Virus record (IMG/VR): IMGVR_UViG_3300032038_000001 | Coordinates: 32,001 to 96,000 of that record | Direction: 5' to 3' (one strand) | DNA length: 64,000 nucleotides | DNA from: a virus | Lineage: Duplodnaviria > Caudoviricetes | Part shown: positions 19,896 to 30,531 of the stretch, piece after piece | Position numbering within the stretch: the first letter of the stretch is position 1 | Layout of the letters: each line of letters opens with the position of its first letter | Notes under the pieces: model-generated | What the model was told of the DNA's origin: nothing | Seen by the model: the letters and a program-made list of their open reading frames with translations, nothing else | The model's database searches: none | Program-made: the position numbers and the translations under genes

Positions 19896-21086
19896 TTACT
19901 TCTTCCTCTTTTTAAGTTCAGATATCTGAACTTTGGCTTTTTCTATTTGCTGCATACGGCTATTATTAGCATTTTGTATATTTCTTATAGTATTTCTATT
20001 TTTAAATTTATTTTTAGATAATTCTTCTACTCGTTTATTGGCACGTTCAATTTGTCGTTCTAATAACTCTATGTATGATTCTTGATCCATGATTTTACTG
20101 TCAATTCCACCATACCCATCCTTATTATATAAGTCTGGATGTTTGTCAATTGCATATAATTCTGCTCTATTACTCATATCTATTGCTTTCTTATCTTCAT
20201 CGTCTCGTCTTTTTTCATAGTTCTCATAGCTTTTATCAGCTGCATAATTAACTGCAGCCCCCGTGGCTATACCAGCGGCTATACCAGCAGCAGCTATGCC
20301 AACACCAGTTTTTATCTTTTTATTTCTGAATTTTTTATAGTCTTCATATTTCTTTTTTTCGGCTTCAGTAAGTTTTTCCTTCTTCTTTATCTTTTCTTTT
20401 ATTCTTTTTATTTCTTCTTTATATGCATTACTTGCTTCTAACAGTAATATCATCTTATCTTCAGATAACTTACCTTCATTATATTTTTCAAATATCAAAT
20501 TTGTTATTAACACACTCTCATTAACTTCATTAAATAATGATTTATTTTTATCGATAGCTTCAAGTATATTATAATATTTCTTTTGTGTTGATTTTGGAAG
20601 GATTTTTGGATTTATCTTCTTGAGTTGCATTTTTATATTATTGATTATACTCAATATATTTGCATCCACATATTTTCGTCCATTAGTTGCAGAATGAATT
20701 ATGAGACCAATAGCAGCAAAAATTAATGTAAAAAATCCAGCAGCAATTCCTAAAACTGTTAAATCTAAAAGTATGGCTCTTATTAAAACAATAGAAGATA
20801 ATATTGAACATATAATTGCTCCAATAGCCTTTGATTCTTGTAATCCTAATTCATAAGGTTCTTTTTCAAGAATCATACATATTTTGATAATATCGTCACC
20901 ATATTTATCAATAAATTTCTTACCTTGTGATGCATTGATAAGTTCAGAAGGTAAGGCATCCCGAATTTCACATATTTTATCTACAAGCCCGTCAAATGGA
21001 AAATTAAATAATTTTTCAGTATAAATATCATAATCAAAACTATCATTATTACATTCATAAATTGAATCGTCTAAAAAATTATACAT
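19896..21086 (-). CDS. probable virion protein with two hydrophobic segments (polyprotein-like)
   Basis: Late promoter 21119-21130; internal LIFEKY.EGK.SED.MILLLEA module; ATG at 21086 has the better RBS. Confidence 0.6.
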   Translation of the reverse strand: MYNFLDDSIYECNNDSFDYDIYTEKLFNFPFDGLVDKICEIRDALPSELINASQGKKFIDKYGDDIIKICMILEKEPYELGLQESKAIGAIICSILSSIVLIRAILLDLTVLGIAAGFFTLIFAAIGLIIHSATNGRKYVDANILSIINNIKMQLKKINPKILPKSTQKKYYNILEAIDKNKSLFNEVNESVLITNLIFEKYNEGKLSEDKMILLLEASNAYKEEIKRIKEKIKKKEKLTEAEKKKYEDYKKFRNKKIKTGVGIAAAGIAAGIATGAAVNYAADKSYENYEKRRDDEDKKAIDMSNRAELYAIDKHPDLYNKDGYGGIDSKIMDQESYIELLERQIERANKRVEELSKNKFKNRNTIRNIQNANNSRMQQIEKAKVQISELKKRKK

Positions 21087-21226
21087 ATTATCACACCATC
21101 TTTTCATTAAAAATATTTTATTGATTTGTTTTTTTTGATCAGTCTATCTACACTTTCCCAGTACCAAATTCTTCATGATTTATAATCTCCTTATTTTTTT
21201 CAATCCTTTCAATATATACAAAAAAT

Positions 21227-22564
21227 TTATCTAAAACCTATTTTATTTTTTTTCATACGTTGACGTTCTTGCTGTTCTCTCTCAAGTCTATGACCATCCT
21301 CTAGACCTTGTTTATAATAGTCTCTATTCAACTCTCTAGTCATACGTTTATATTTTTCAGCCATTTTATCATCATGATTTTGAAGTGCTATAGATCCTCC
21401 AATTACTGCAGCTCCTGCTAATGCTGCAGCACCAACGCCTTTTGTAATTTTCTCATTTTTATTACGTTTTGCTTTTAATAATACTCTCTTCTCAGCAGGA
21501 AAAAGTTCTTCTCCTCTTTTATATTTATTATAAACTCGATTTATTTCAGCAGCAGTTATCTCACCATATAAGTATTGGTCTTCAAGTTGTTTATTATATT
21601 TTTTATCTGCTGCAGTTTTTAATTTTTTAACTTTACAATTTTTAATAGCATTAGAATAATTCGCTTCTAGTAATAAATCATTTCTATCAATATGAGCTTC
21701 AAACGCACAAATGGTATCAATTAAATTCATAGTAGATTCATAAGTAATAATATCTCTATCATATCTTTCTACAACTGATTCAATCATATATAGATATTTA
21801 TATGAATCACTGATAATATCATCAACAGAACCTTTTATATAAATTTTTTTATCTTTTCCAATATGAAGTTTTTTACCATATTTTGATGCTCTCCATTCTC
21901 TGTTCTTTTTTAATAAATTTTTATTATATGCAGCAACTTCATCATTTATCTCTTTAGCTTCACGGTCAAATTGACGTCCTATTTGTTTAACATATTTTTT
22001 TGATATTTTTTGTTTATTATCAGTCCCTTGTCCATAATATCGTCTTACCGCTTCTTTATCACGTTCATTGTCTAGTAAGTCTACTCCGTTGTCAAGATTA
22101 ATTCCTGATTTTCTATAACTAGCAACATATTCATGTTTCCATGCAGGTAAAGATACTTTTCCGCCACCTTTTACTTTATATCTTTTAGCATTATTAGCCC
22201 TCTTTTCAACGTTGCTAACCTTAGCTTCTACTGCATTAACTTCAGAAACTGTCTTGGCATTTGATAAATCACTTTTAGCTTCTTTTAAAGAGGCGTTAAA
22301 TTTTTCTCGTAAATTTAATAAATTTTTCTCACCATCGGTATCGCCACTTTTTTTACAAAGAACAATAACTGCTGAAATACCTGCTACAACTAAGAGTGTT
22401 GCTGCAATCTTTTTAGCAACAGCTTTCTTCTTCTTAGCAAGTTCTTTTTTCTCATTATTATCATTATTATCATTCTTATCTGCTTCTAATAATAATATCA
22501 TCGTATCTTCACTAAATTTACCCTCAGCATATTTCTCAAATATTAAATCTGTTAAATCATACAT
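21227..22564 (-). CDS. probable virion protein with two hydrophobic segments (paralog of 19896-21086)
   Basis: Late promoter 22634-22645; N-terminal LIFEKYAEGKFSEDTMILLLEA and a second LLLEA. Confidence 0.6.
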   Translation of the reverse strand: MYDLTDLIFEKYAEGKFSEDTMILLLEADKNDNNDNNEKKELAKKKKAVAKKIAATLLVVAGISAVIVLCKKSGDTDGEKNLLNLREKFNASLKEAKSDLSNAKTVSEVNAVEAKVSNVEKRANNAKRYKVKGGGKVSLPAWKHEYVASYRKSGINLDNGVDLLDNERDKEAVRRYYGQGTDNKQKISKKYVKQIGRQFDREAKEINDEVAAYNKNLLKKNREWRASKYGKKLHIGKDKKIYIKGSVDDIISDSYKYLYMIESVVERYDRDIITYESTMNLIDTICAFEAHIDRNDLLLEANYSNAIKNCKVKKLKTAADKKYNKQLEDQYLYGEITAAEINRVYNKYKRGEELFPAEKRVLLKAKRNKNEKITKGVGAAALAGAAVIGGSIALQNHDDKMAEKYKRMTRELNRDYYKQGLEDGHRLEREQQERQRMKKNKIGFR

Positions 22565-22713
22565 TTCAATTCACTCCTTTACAAATATAAAAAAAACTGG
22601 TATGATGAATATTCATCATACCAGTTTCATCATTATTAAATTGTTTTTTTTTTGTATAAATATGAAAATTATCTAATACACTTCTTTAAAATTTTTTAAA
22701 TAGGTGAATAACA

Positions 22714-23763
22714 ATGACAAATAAAGAAACTAAACTTGATTTAATTCACGCCCTTGCTAATAGGGATGTATATTTTAAACAAGTAAATGATGTTGAATAT
22801 AGAACTAGATGCCCTTTTTGTGGTGATTCTGATAAAAAATGGACTGGACATCTGTATATAAGAATTAATCCAGATGATAATTTTAATCCAGTTTTTCATT
22901 GTTTTAAATGTGAAGAATCTGGTATTATTAATGCTGATAATTTATCTACATTTGATATAGATGATGTTAATCTTAAAGCAAATCTTTCAACTCTTAACAA
23001 AACATCAAAAAAAGTTGATAATAAAAATATATCAAGTGGTACTAGAAACAAATATTTTGATTATCAACTTCCAGAAATAAAAAGAGGAAAGAAAACTGAG
23101 TATATAGAAAAAAGACTTGGGCTTAAATTCAATGAAGAACAATTCAAAAAAATGAAGTTGGTAACTTCATTAAGGGATTTCTTAATTTTAAACGGAATTA
23201 AAAAACTTACATGTAAAAATCAAATAGCGTATATGTTGGAAGACCATTATGTAGGATTTTTATCTTTTGGTAATTCTCATATACTATTTAGAGATATAAC
23301 CGATAAGGAACACATAAAATGGATAAAATATCCTATAACTGAAGAAAGTAAAGACAACAGATTATTCTATTCGATGGAAGCCTCTATTGATGTTATGAGT
23401 ACCGAACAGTTAACAATAAATCTAGCTGAAGGAGTGTTGGATACACTATCTGCTTGCTATAATTTAGGATTTAATGATTCTAACACTATGAATATTTCAG
23501 TGTCTGGAAAGTATTATGATAGATTATTACTATATTTAATAGATATGGGTTTAGTTGGTAGTAATATCATAATAAATATATTTTCAGATAATGATGCTAT
23601 GTATAATAAAAAAAATAATAATCCAACAACTATAGAATACTATAGGAATCTGCTTAAGAATTATAAGCACTTGTATGGGCAAGTGAACGTGTATTATAAT
23701 TTAGCTGGAAAAGATATAGGAGTTCCAAGACAAGAAATAAGTCTAAAAAAAATAATATTATAA
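22714..23763 (+). CDS. DNA primase
   Basis: CPFCGD...CFKC zinc finger, AEG..D TOPRIM motif, SDND, KDIG. Confidence 0.85.
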   Translation: MTNKETKLDLIHALANRDVYFKQVNDVEYRTRCPFCGDSDKKWTGHLYIRINPDDNFNPVFHCFKCEESGIINADNLSTFDIDDVNLKANLSTLNKTSKKVDNKNISSGTRNKYFDYQLPEIKRGKKTEYIEKRLGLKFNEEQFKKMKLVTSLRDFLILNGIKKLTCKNQIAYMLEDHYVGFLSFGNSHILFRDITDKEHIKWIKYPITEESKDNRLFYSMEASIDVMSTEQLTINLAEGVLDTLSACYNLGFNDSNTMNISVSGKYYDRLLLYLIDMGLVGSNIIINIFSDNDAMYNKKNNNPTTIEYYRNLLKNYKHLYGQVNVYYNLAGKDIGVPRQEISLKKIIL

Positions 23764-23768
23764 AAAAA

Positions 23769-23810
23769 TAATGGTGGTGTGTAAGATTAAATCTTACACA
23801 CCACCATTTA
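23769..23810. terminator. bidirectional terminator between convergent genes
   Basis: ATGGTGGTGTGTAAGAT/ATCTTACACACCACCAT inverted repeat. Confidence 0.8.
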
Positions 23811-23835
23811 TTCAATTCAGATTTTTACATTCTTC

Positions 23836-25965
23836 TTATTGTATAAAAGTCTTCTTTATATATTCTTTATAGTCATTAACTCCAACTATTGGAATATTAT
23901 ATTTCTTAGCTTTTTCAACTTTAGAAGACTCTACACCAATGACCGGAACTACTAGAACTGATGTGTCTTTAGTAAGGCTATCTTTAACCTCCCCACCATT
24001 TTCAACAGTCCACTGCTCAAGTTCTTTATCTCTTACCTTAGTGAAAACTACTGAAAATCTTGAACCAGACTTTTTGTCTTCTAGTAATATCAGTTCATTT
24101 TCAAGAAATTCTATCAGTTTCTCATTATCTCTAACACCATCAATTATTTTTCGAGCTGTTTTATCTTTTATACCTGGTATAACAGTAAGAACCGCTACAG
24201 CTTTTTCTGGTTTATCATCAAGAGATAACTCTAACAGGTCATCAAATGAAATCATACTAAATACTTTCTCAAATGTTTTAGTAGATACTCCTTCAATACC
24301 AAGAGAACCTAACATCTGAGAATTTGGTACTTCTTTATGTGCATTGATTTCATTGATAAACAAATCAACACTCCTACTACCAAACCCATCAAGTTTTTCA
24401 ATTTTCTTTCTATGCTTTTCAAGCTTATAGATATCCTCAATTTTTTCAAGATACCCTTGTTCATAAAGGGCATCTACTGTCGCATATGATATACCATCTA
24501 TATGCATTTTATTAAAATAATTGAGAATTCTACCTTTTATTTTACAGGGGCATTTTGGATTATTGCAAAACATAATGTCTCCACTTTCAGATGTTTCAAG
24601 TGGTTCCATACACTCTGGGCAACACCACGGTAACTCTATTGGTTCATTTCCTGATTTTTTACACTTAGGGTCATTCGGGTCAAATACAATATATGGAATT
24701 ATATCATATAATACTTTTACCTTATCACCCTTAGCAAGACTAAGATCTTTAAATCTTCCCATAGAACCAAGAGATACGTTTTCTATTGTGTTACCTTTAA
24801 GCTTAATAGGTTTAATTTCAGCAACAGGATTTATTCTACCAAATAGCCCAGCTGTAAATTTTATATTCTTTATCTTTGAATATCCAACTTCTTCAGTAAA
24901 CTTATAAGCAACTTCAAATTTTTGTTTATTATCAGACCTACCAAGTATCTTCTGAATTTCAGGATTAATGATATATATTACCATACCATCACATCTTAGA
25001 CCATTGGTATATTTGTGATCAAATGCAAACTTTCGCATAGCTTCTCTATCAGAAAGTCTGCATCTTAAATATGGAGTATTAAATGCTCCAGGAGCTAACT
25101 CTTGTAACGATTCAACTTTACCATATTTTTCATCAGGTACAAGCTTGGAATATCTGAGTTGCATTATCTGTAAATAATTAACTCGATCATCAACTTCATC
25201 AGAATTTAGTATACTCGATACTATCGACCGTGACTGTTTATAGTCAGTATGATATTCTTTATTATATCTTTCAAAGTCTTCATCTGACATCATTATCTCT
25301 GTTTTAATGCCATATTCAGTATCCATTTCAGGACCTTTGTCAACCCAATTAAATATATGCGTTATATCTTGAGCTTCATTTGTCTCAGTGAATCCTCTTG
25401 TTAATACTCTCTGGAGATAACCGTCCTTTGAATATTCAAATATAGCAGACACACCATCAAACTTAGGAAAACAGTAAATTTCTTCATCTGAAAGATTTAC
25501 CTGTTCACCAGTTTTCGAGAATATCTTTGCTTCAGATGATTTAATCCAGTCATCAAGAGTTCTTCTACTTTTATTCTCAAGATTATCTTCATCAGTCAAC
25601 GCATATACCTTATCAAGTGTACCTCTAAGAGATGGATACTTATGATATCCAACTTTTCCATTTGTAACAATGGGAACAGTTATACCAAGAGTATCATCAA
25701 CCTGTGATAACATTTCATAAATCTTGTCATACTCCGAATCTGTCATACCTGTTTCTTCGCCTGAATAATTGTAAATCGTCTGAGCGCAGTCAACCAGTAC
25801 CTTCACATTGCTTACGTCTTCATGAGGTATTTCATCAAATTCAAGTGTTTTTTCAATCTCTTCACGTACCTCAGTTGATTTCATTAAATCAATAAGGTCA
25901 CTTAATTTTTCTGGATGACTCGAAACCTCACTTTCAAGTTTCTGCAGTTTGTCAAAAATATACAT
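23836..25965 (-). CDS. ligA: NAD-dependent DNA ligase
   Basis: PKFDG, TRG, DGMV, AYKF, OB fold, CPEC..C..C zinc finger, HhH repeats, BRCT; start MYIFDK after AAGGAG. Confidence 0.93.
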   Translation of the reverse strand: MYIFDKLQKLESEVSSHPEKLSDLIDLMKSTEVREEIEKTLEFDEIPHEDVSNVKVLVDCAQTIYNYSGEETGMTDSEYDKIYEMLSQVDDTLGITVPIVTNGKVGYHKYPSLRGTLDKVYALTDEDNLENKSRRTLDDWIKSSEAKIFSKTGEQVNLSDEEIYCFPKFDGVSAIFEYSKDGYLQRVLTRGFTETNEAQDITHIFNWVDKGPEMDTEYGIKTEIMMSDEDFERYNKEYHTDYKQSRSIVSSILNSDEVDDRVNYLQIMQLRYSKLVPDEKYGKVESLQELAPGAFNTPYLRCRLSDREAMRKFAFDHKYTNGLRCDGMVIYIINPEIQKILGRSDNKQKFEVAYKFTEEVGYSKIKNIKFTAGLFGRINPVAEIKPIKLKGNTIENVSLGSMGRFKDLSLAKGDKVKVLYDIIPYIVFDPNDPKCKKSGNEPIELPWCCPECMEPLETSESGDIMFCNNPKCPCKIKGRILNYFNKMHIDGISYATVDALYEQGYLEKIEDIYKLEKHRKKIEKLDGFGSRSVDLFINEINAHKEVPNSQMLGSLGIEGVSTKTFEKVFSMISFDDLLELSLDDKPEKAVAVLTVIPGIKDKTARKIIDGVRDNEKLIEFLENELILLEDKKSGSRFSVVFTKVRDKELEQWTVENGGEVKDSLTKDTSVLVVPVIGVESSKVEKAKKYNIPIVGVNDYKEYIKKTFIQ

Positions 25966-26078
25966 ACTAATACTCCTTTCAAAAAATTTTTTTATAAGTA
26001 TGATTATATGAAAAATAATATATAATAGTAAAAAAGAAGCTGGCACTGTTATATCTCAACAGTGCCAGCTTAAAAGAA

Positions 26079-28412
26079 TTACATAAATTTGCCAGTAAAC
26101 TCATCCAGCATAAATGGTGTTAATATCTTTTTATCAGTAGGATATTTATCCGGCTGATCGGTACAGATGAGATCAGCTTCTTCAGCTGTATCTACAATAA
26201 TTCCACGTGCGGGAGTATTGTACCTAATGATATCTGCCATGCTAGTACGATTTCTCATCAGCACTGATCTTACAGCATTTCGGATAGTACTGTGAGTTGA
26301 ATTTATATTTCTGGTTGCGCCCTGAACATCTGCAGTCATATCAACCCAGTATACTTCTCTATCAACCAGGTCTATGACAACTGGTATAACCGAAGTCGAT
26401 TCTGAGTTTATGTCCATGTTCATTTCAACCTTCTCAGGAATGAAAATAGATTTCTGATCAACTATATCGTTGTCAGTCATTTCCATATACCCTGCTCTTG
26501 AGTTGAATTTCTCAAATGGCATTGACGTAAATGAGTGTACTGTTATAATACAGTATCGGTAACCTGCTGTTACAGCCTTGTTGATATTAACATCAACAAA
26601 CTCCGTTGAACCAAGACCGTCCTCTGGTCCACCATTCACAATGTCACCACTGTGGATACATATATAATTATTGTCACTATCTCTTAGCCTCATATTAGTA
26701 TAGTTTACATACTCAATCACTTTTGGCTTGTCGAGACTATCAATGAAGATTGCAGATAAATCTTCATCAACTCTTATCTCACAGCCAGTATCATCATTAT
26801 AGTTCGTCCACCAACAGAACGACCTTAAAATGTTTGTGTCTGGTTTGAGTTTCCATTTGCTTCCTCTAGTACAAGGTCGCATGCTATCGCTAGCAGATCT
26901 CTGGCTGAAGGGTACAATATACCCTTCGAAACTGGGATCTATATAGATACCACCTATATAAGGTTTTCCCATATTTCTCATTTTAAGAACCAATGAATTA
27001 ATTCTAATTATGTCCTTACATATACTAGAATCAATTGGTGTCATTGTATTCTCTATTGAAAATACCTTTGAGATATCTCCTTTTATGATAAAATCTCGCA
27101 TGGGTTTATTTTCCATACGATCTTTAAAATGATCTGTTATCTGGTATAGCATCAGGCTAGGTAAGTCTTCAATTATATCTCGATAAATTGATAACACTTC
27201 TCTTTTTTCTTCGATAGAAGAATTCGAGAGCTTTGAAAGAAGTCTGTCTAAAGACCTTCCAAGCATGCCAGGTCTGGTCTTGAGTTCATTAGCAGCAGCA
27301 ATAATCTGACCATTATTGATGAGTTTTTCAACTTGAGAATTGAAGCTTTCAGGTCTCTTACCATTTCTAATTGATGAGAAAGCCCTTACCGCACCCGTGT
27401 AGATATTGATATATTTACCTGGGTGAATTTTTTCACCAACACGTTTCCAGATTTCTGGGTAACGCCACATATCATCTATGACGTTATAGATATTCTTTTG
27501 GCACAGATTATTCAACGCGTTCATTAAAAATCGATATTCTCGATTTTTGAGGTTTACAAACCTCGTCTTCTTACTAAGACTTACATCTCCTCCAGAAAGT
27601 GCAACGTAAAAACGAAGAATATCTGTTGCAGTTTTGAGATTTTTCTCAACCTCAACAAAATTAATTTTATTATTTTTGCTGAGTTGACCAAGAACGAACA
27701 TTGCATTTTCTTTAAAAGGCATCTCTGGTAACACCATTGGAACATACAAATGTTCAATATAAAAGGCGATGAACCTCTTATCGTCATCAGACAATGAAAC
27801 TGGCGACGTTGATATGTTTATAAACATATCGTCGATCTCTGTCAGAGATTTTACCAATGAAATTCTCTTAAGAGAATTGAGTGAATTTTTAATAATGGTT
27901 TCAAAATCTGATGAGCGTTTTTCTTTTTCAGCTACAAGATAGCTGAGTCTTTCAGCATCTCTAGGCTGAAAGATTCCATCTGTCATATAATGAATTACGG
28001 CATTAAACAGTAATTCATCGTCAGACATTTCCATGACTTCGTACGGAAATCCTGGATACATCGGGATGTAAACTTTATCATCCCCGGTTATTTTTCGAAC
28101 CGTTTCTACAATGGATTTTAAAGCTCTACCTATGTCAGCAAGTGTCTTTTCACTTGCTCCATTATATTCATTGATGATAAAGTTATTATCATCAGGAGTT
28201 ATAATGTACCCCATTCGCATTAATTCAGCATTAGCGGTTGCCAGAACTGCTTCAATAGTAGAATTTCTGGCTTCTATGTTTTCCGACTTCTCGGGAATGA
28301 TAGGCCAGAAAACCGAACATCTTCTTTTCATAAGATGTTCATTTAATCTGTCCATAATAAATGGACTGTTAAAGTTAACATTAGTTCTTGTGTTTGTACT
28401 TGTTTTCATCAT
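26079..28412 (-). CDS. large helical protein with C-terminal TerD-like domain (Ter-associated, possibly Ro/TROVE-related)
   Basis: TATDILR, ..HPG, RPGMLGRSLDRLL in the helical part; DLSA, HSGDI.NG, EFVD in the TerD-like part. Confidence 0.65.
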   Translation of the reverse strand: MMKTSTNTRTNVNFNSPFIMDRLNEHLMKRRCSVFWPIIPEKSENIEARNSTIEAVLATANAELMRMGYIITPDDNNFIINEYNGASEKTLADIGRALKSIVETVRKITGDDKVYIPMYPGFPYEVMEMSDDELLFNAVIHYMTDGIFQPRDAERLSYLVAEKEKRSSDFETIIKNSLNSLKRISLVKSLTEIDDMFINISTSPVSLSDDDKRFIAFYIEHLYVPMVLPEMPFKENAMFVLGQLSKNNKINFVEVEKNLKTATDILRFYVALSGGDVSLSKKTRFVNLKNREYRFLMNALNNLCQKNIYNVIDDMWRYPEIWKRVGEKIHPGKYINIYTGAVRAFSSIRNGKRPESFNSQVEKLINNGQIIAAANELKTRPGMLGRSLDRLLSKLSNSSIEEKREVLSIYRDIIEDLPSLMLYQITDHFKDRMENKPMRDFIIKGDISKVFSIENTMTPIDSSICKDIIRINSLVLKMRNMGKPYIGGIYIDPSFEGYIVPFSQRSASDSMRPCTRGSKWKLKPDTNILRSFCWWTNYNDDTGCEIRVDEDLSAIFIDSLDKPKVIEYVNYTNMRLRDSDNNYICIHSGDIVNGGPEDGLGSTEFVDVNINKAVTAGYRYCIITVHSFTSMPFEKFNSRAGYMEMTDNDIVDQKSIFIPEKVEMNMDINSESTSVIPVVIDLVDREVYWVDMTADVQGATRNINSTHSTIRNAVRSVLMRNRTSMADIIRYNTPARGIIVDTAEEADLICTDQPDKYPTDKKILTPFMLDEFTGKFM

Positions 28413-28489
28413 TTTTTCATCCTTTCAAATTAGCTTACTGACTGTACACAATTTTTTAAGTCAGTAAATAGTTTGGCGTTTAAATAAAA

Positions 28490-28529
28490 AATAAACTGGA
28501 GAACCTGTGCACGGATTCTCCAGTTTATT
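28490..28529 (-). terminator. intrinsic terminator in the leader of the TerD-like gene
   Basis: ATAAACTGGAGAA/TTCTCCAGTTTAT stem followed by a U-tract on the minus strand. Confidence 0.75.
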
Positions 28530-28537
28530 GATAGTTT

Positions 28538-28730
28538 AAACTCATGTTTCATATTTTGTATCTTAAGCATTGAAACTAGTATATTCTTTTCATTTTTTTT
28601 TTAATTAGAAGGAAGTTTCAATATATTGATATTATGAATCATGAGTTAAACTTTTTGTAACCCACTTAAGCAAAAACAGTAGAATACAAATATAATTCTT
28701 TTTAGAAGGAACTGTTTTCATAGTGTGGGA
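28538..28730 (-). ncRNA. two tandem copies of a structured RNA element (stem-UCCUUCUAA...CU-stem-GCUUAAG)
   Basis: Copies at about 28538-28648 and 28661-28730; stems differ in sequence but stay paired, flanking motifs identical. Confidence 0.65.
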
Positions 28731-28843
28731 GGATTTATGAAAGAATATTTTCTTTCACTATTACCATAATATATTATATAATTAAAAGTAAAAAAGTGTT
28801 TTTCACTTTTTTGATTAATTTAATGTATATTTGTAAATAAAAA

Positions 28844-30076
28844 TTAATAATTAAATTCTTCTTCAGGAACTTCCATTTCTTCAGGTCTTATAGCTGAGAG
28901 TCTAGATTCAAGAACTGGTATAATATTAGAATAAAGAATATTATACAATTCTCTATTATCTTTAAAATCTTGATGCATCCCCTTAAGAGTGAATTTATTA
29001 TCTTTATTATCAGCAAAATAATAACCGTTTCTATTACCACCAAGAATACCTATTTCTTTTGCATAATTTACCGATGACCTCAATGAATCTATTCCTCGTA
29101 CTTTATCATATATAAGAGGTACAGTTTGTCCGGCTTGGTTAGTTCTAGATTTTATTATTTCGAGCCTTACACCAAAACCATCAAATCCATCATCTTCAAG
29201 TGTATATTTTTCACTACCTACTGCTACAAACTTAATTAAGATATGAGCCAAAAACTGCGGTGTTTTTCCTCCTGGTAAAGCCTCGTCTTGTTTTAAATAA
29301 AGCATTTCAGACGGTGTTTTAGTAATACCCATTCCAGGATTTGTTTTTATCTGATTAATGGCTATGAGTGTAATATTTGCAGTTCTTATATATGGAAGAA
29401 TTTCATTAAAAAATCTTCCTATCTCACCAGTAAGTCTCATTCTATCAGTCTGAGTTCCTATTTCTTCAAGTTTGGCTAATTCTTTTTTATCATTTTCATT
29501 GAGACTCATAGTAATGGTCGCTATGGAATCAAGTATAATAACGGTTGGTTCATATAGTGTTATCTCTTCACCAAACTCATTAAGTTTACCTGTTTTATAC
29601 TTATATTTATCAGGATTACTTGTTTTCTCCATATATACATCCATTATTGTTTTTTTCATATCTTCAAGTGTTGTTTTTTCCTGCCTAAGAATATATTTAC
29701 CCTGAGCCATCTCAGACATGTTAAATCTTGTAAGAGCTTGAATACGTGTATAATTTAATGCCTGTTCAAGGTCAAAATGAATAACTATACCATTATCAAA
29801 ACCTCTTACTATATTAGCTGCTATCTGAATAGCAGTTGTTGTCTTAGAAGTTGACGGCTTACCGATAAATTCGATATAAGATCCTGCTGTAATACCTATT
29901 GATGGATATGTGTCAATCAACGAATTATCATCATTAAAAACATTCACTTTATATCCAAGGTAATAATCAAGGACTGGAAATCCTGTCTTATACGAAATTA
30001 CAGACGCGTTACAGTCAAAATAATTTGTTTTCTTCCCAGTACTTCTAAGTGCTTCAACTAAAAAATTTTTTCCCAT
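28844..30076 (-). CDS. RecA/UvsX-like recombinase
   Basis: GKPSTSKTT Walker A variant, DLEQA, IILDSIA, INQI, PGG, KSR. Confidence 0.85.
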   Translation of the reverse strand: MGKNFLVEALRSTGKKTNYFDCNASVISYKTGFPVLDYYLGYKVNVFNDDNSLIDTYPSIGITAGSYIEFIGKPSTSKTTTAIQIAANIVRGFDNGIVIHFDLEQALNYTRIQALTRFNMSEMAQGKYILRQEKTTLEDMKKTIMDVYMEKTSNPDKYKYKTGKLNEFGEEITLYEPTVIILDSIATITMSLNENDKKELAKLEEIGTQTDRMRLTGEIGRFFNEILPYIRTANITLIAINQIKTNPGMGITKTPSEMLYLKQDEALPGGKTPQFLAHILIKFVAVGSEKYTLEDDGFDGFGVRLEIIKSRTNQAGQTVPLIYDKVRGIDSLRSSVNYAKEIGILGGNRNGYYFADNKDNKFTLKGMHQDFKDNRELYNILYSNIIPVLESRLSAIRPEEMEVPEEEFNY

Positions 30077-30093
30077 TTTTAATTACTCCTTTT

Positions 30094-30429
30094 TTATATT
30101 ATATAAAATAAAATTATGCACAGTGCTATCGTTACTATATTTAGAAAGAATGATAAAAACTGAAAGTATTTGATTTTAGTAATAGTATCAACAAGCTCGT
30201 CCAAATCATGTGATAAACACTCAATCATTTCACCCTGTTCTTTACATAATAACGCAGTTTCATGTATGAAAGAAAAATTTTGATCTATTGATTTTTTTAA
30301 TTCATCATGAACACCTTTATGTATATCCATATTTTCATCAATACGTTTACTAATTTTATCAAGTGAACACAGCATCTCTGCTTCAGTCGTACGAATACTT
30401 GTATGTTCATTTTTTATATTTCTACCCAT
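30094..30429 (-). CDS. coiled-coil protein with C-terminal transmembrane helix
   Basis: AAGGAG RBS; hydrophobic C-terminus. Confidence 0.6.
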   Translation of the reverse strand: MGRNIKNEHTSIRTTEAEMLCSLDKISKRIDENMDIHKGVHDELKKSIDQNFSFIHETALLCKEQGEMIECLSHDLDELVDTITKIKYFQFLSFFLNIVTIALCIILFYII

Positions 30430-30531
30430 TCTTATCTCTCCTTTATATTTTAAAGTTATGTGAAAGTTCTATTCAATATATTAAAGTAAATTTAAAGTAT
30501 TATTATCGACAGAAAACAATGAACTAACGAG

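Noticed and set aside
21144-21176. 10-codon ORF MKNLVLGKCR with AAGGAG RBS
   Set aside because: Too short to support; probably a gene remnant
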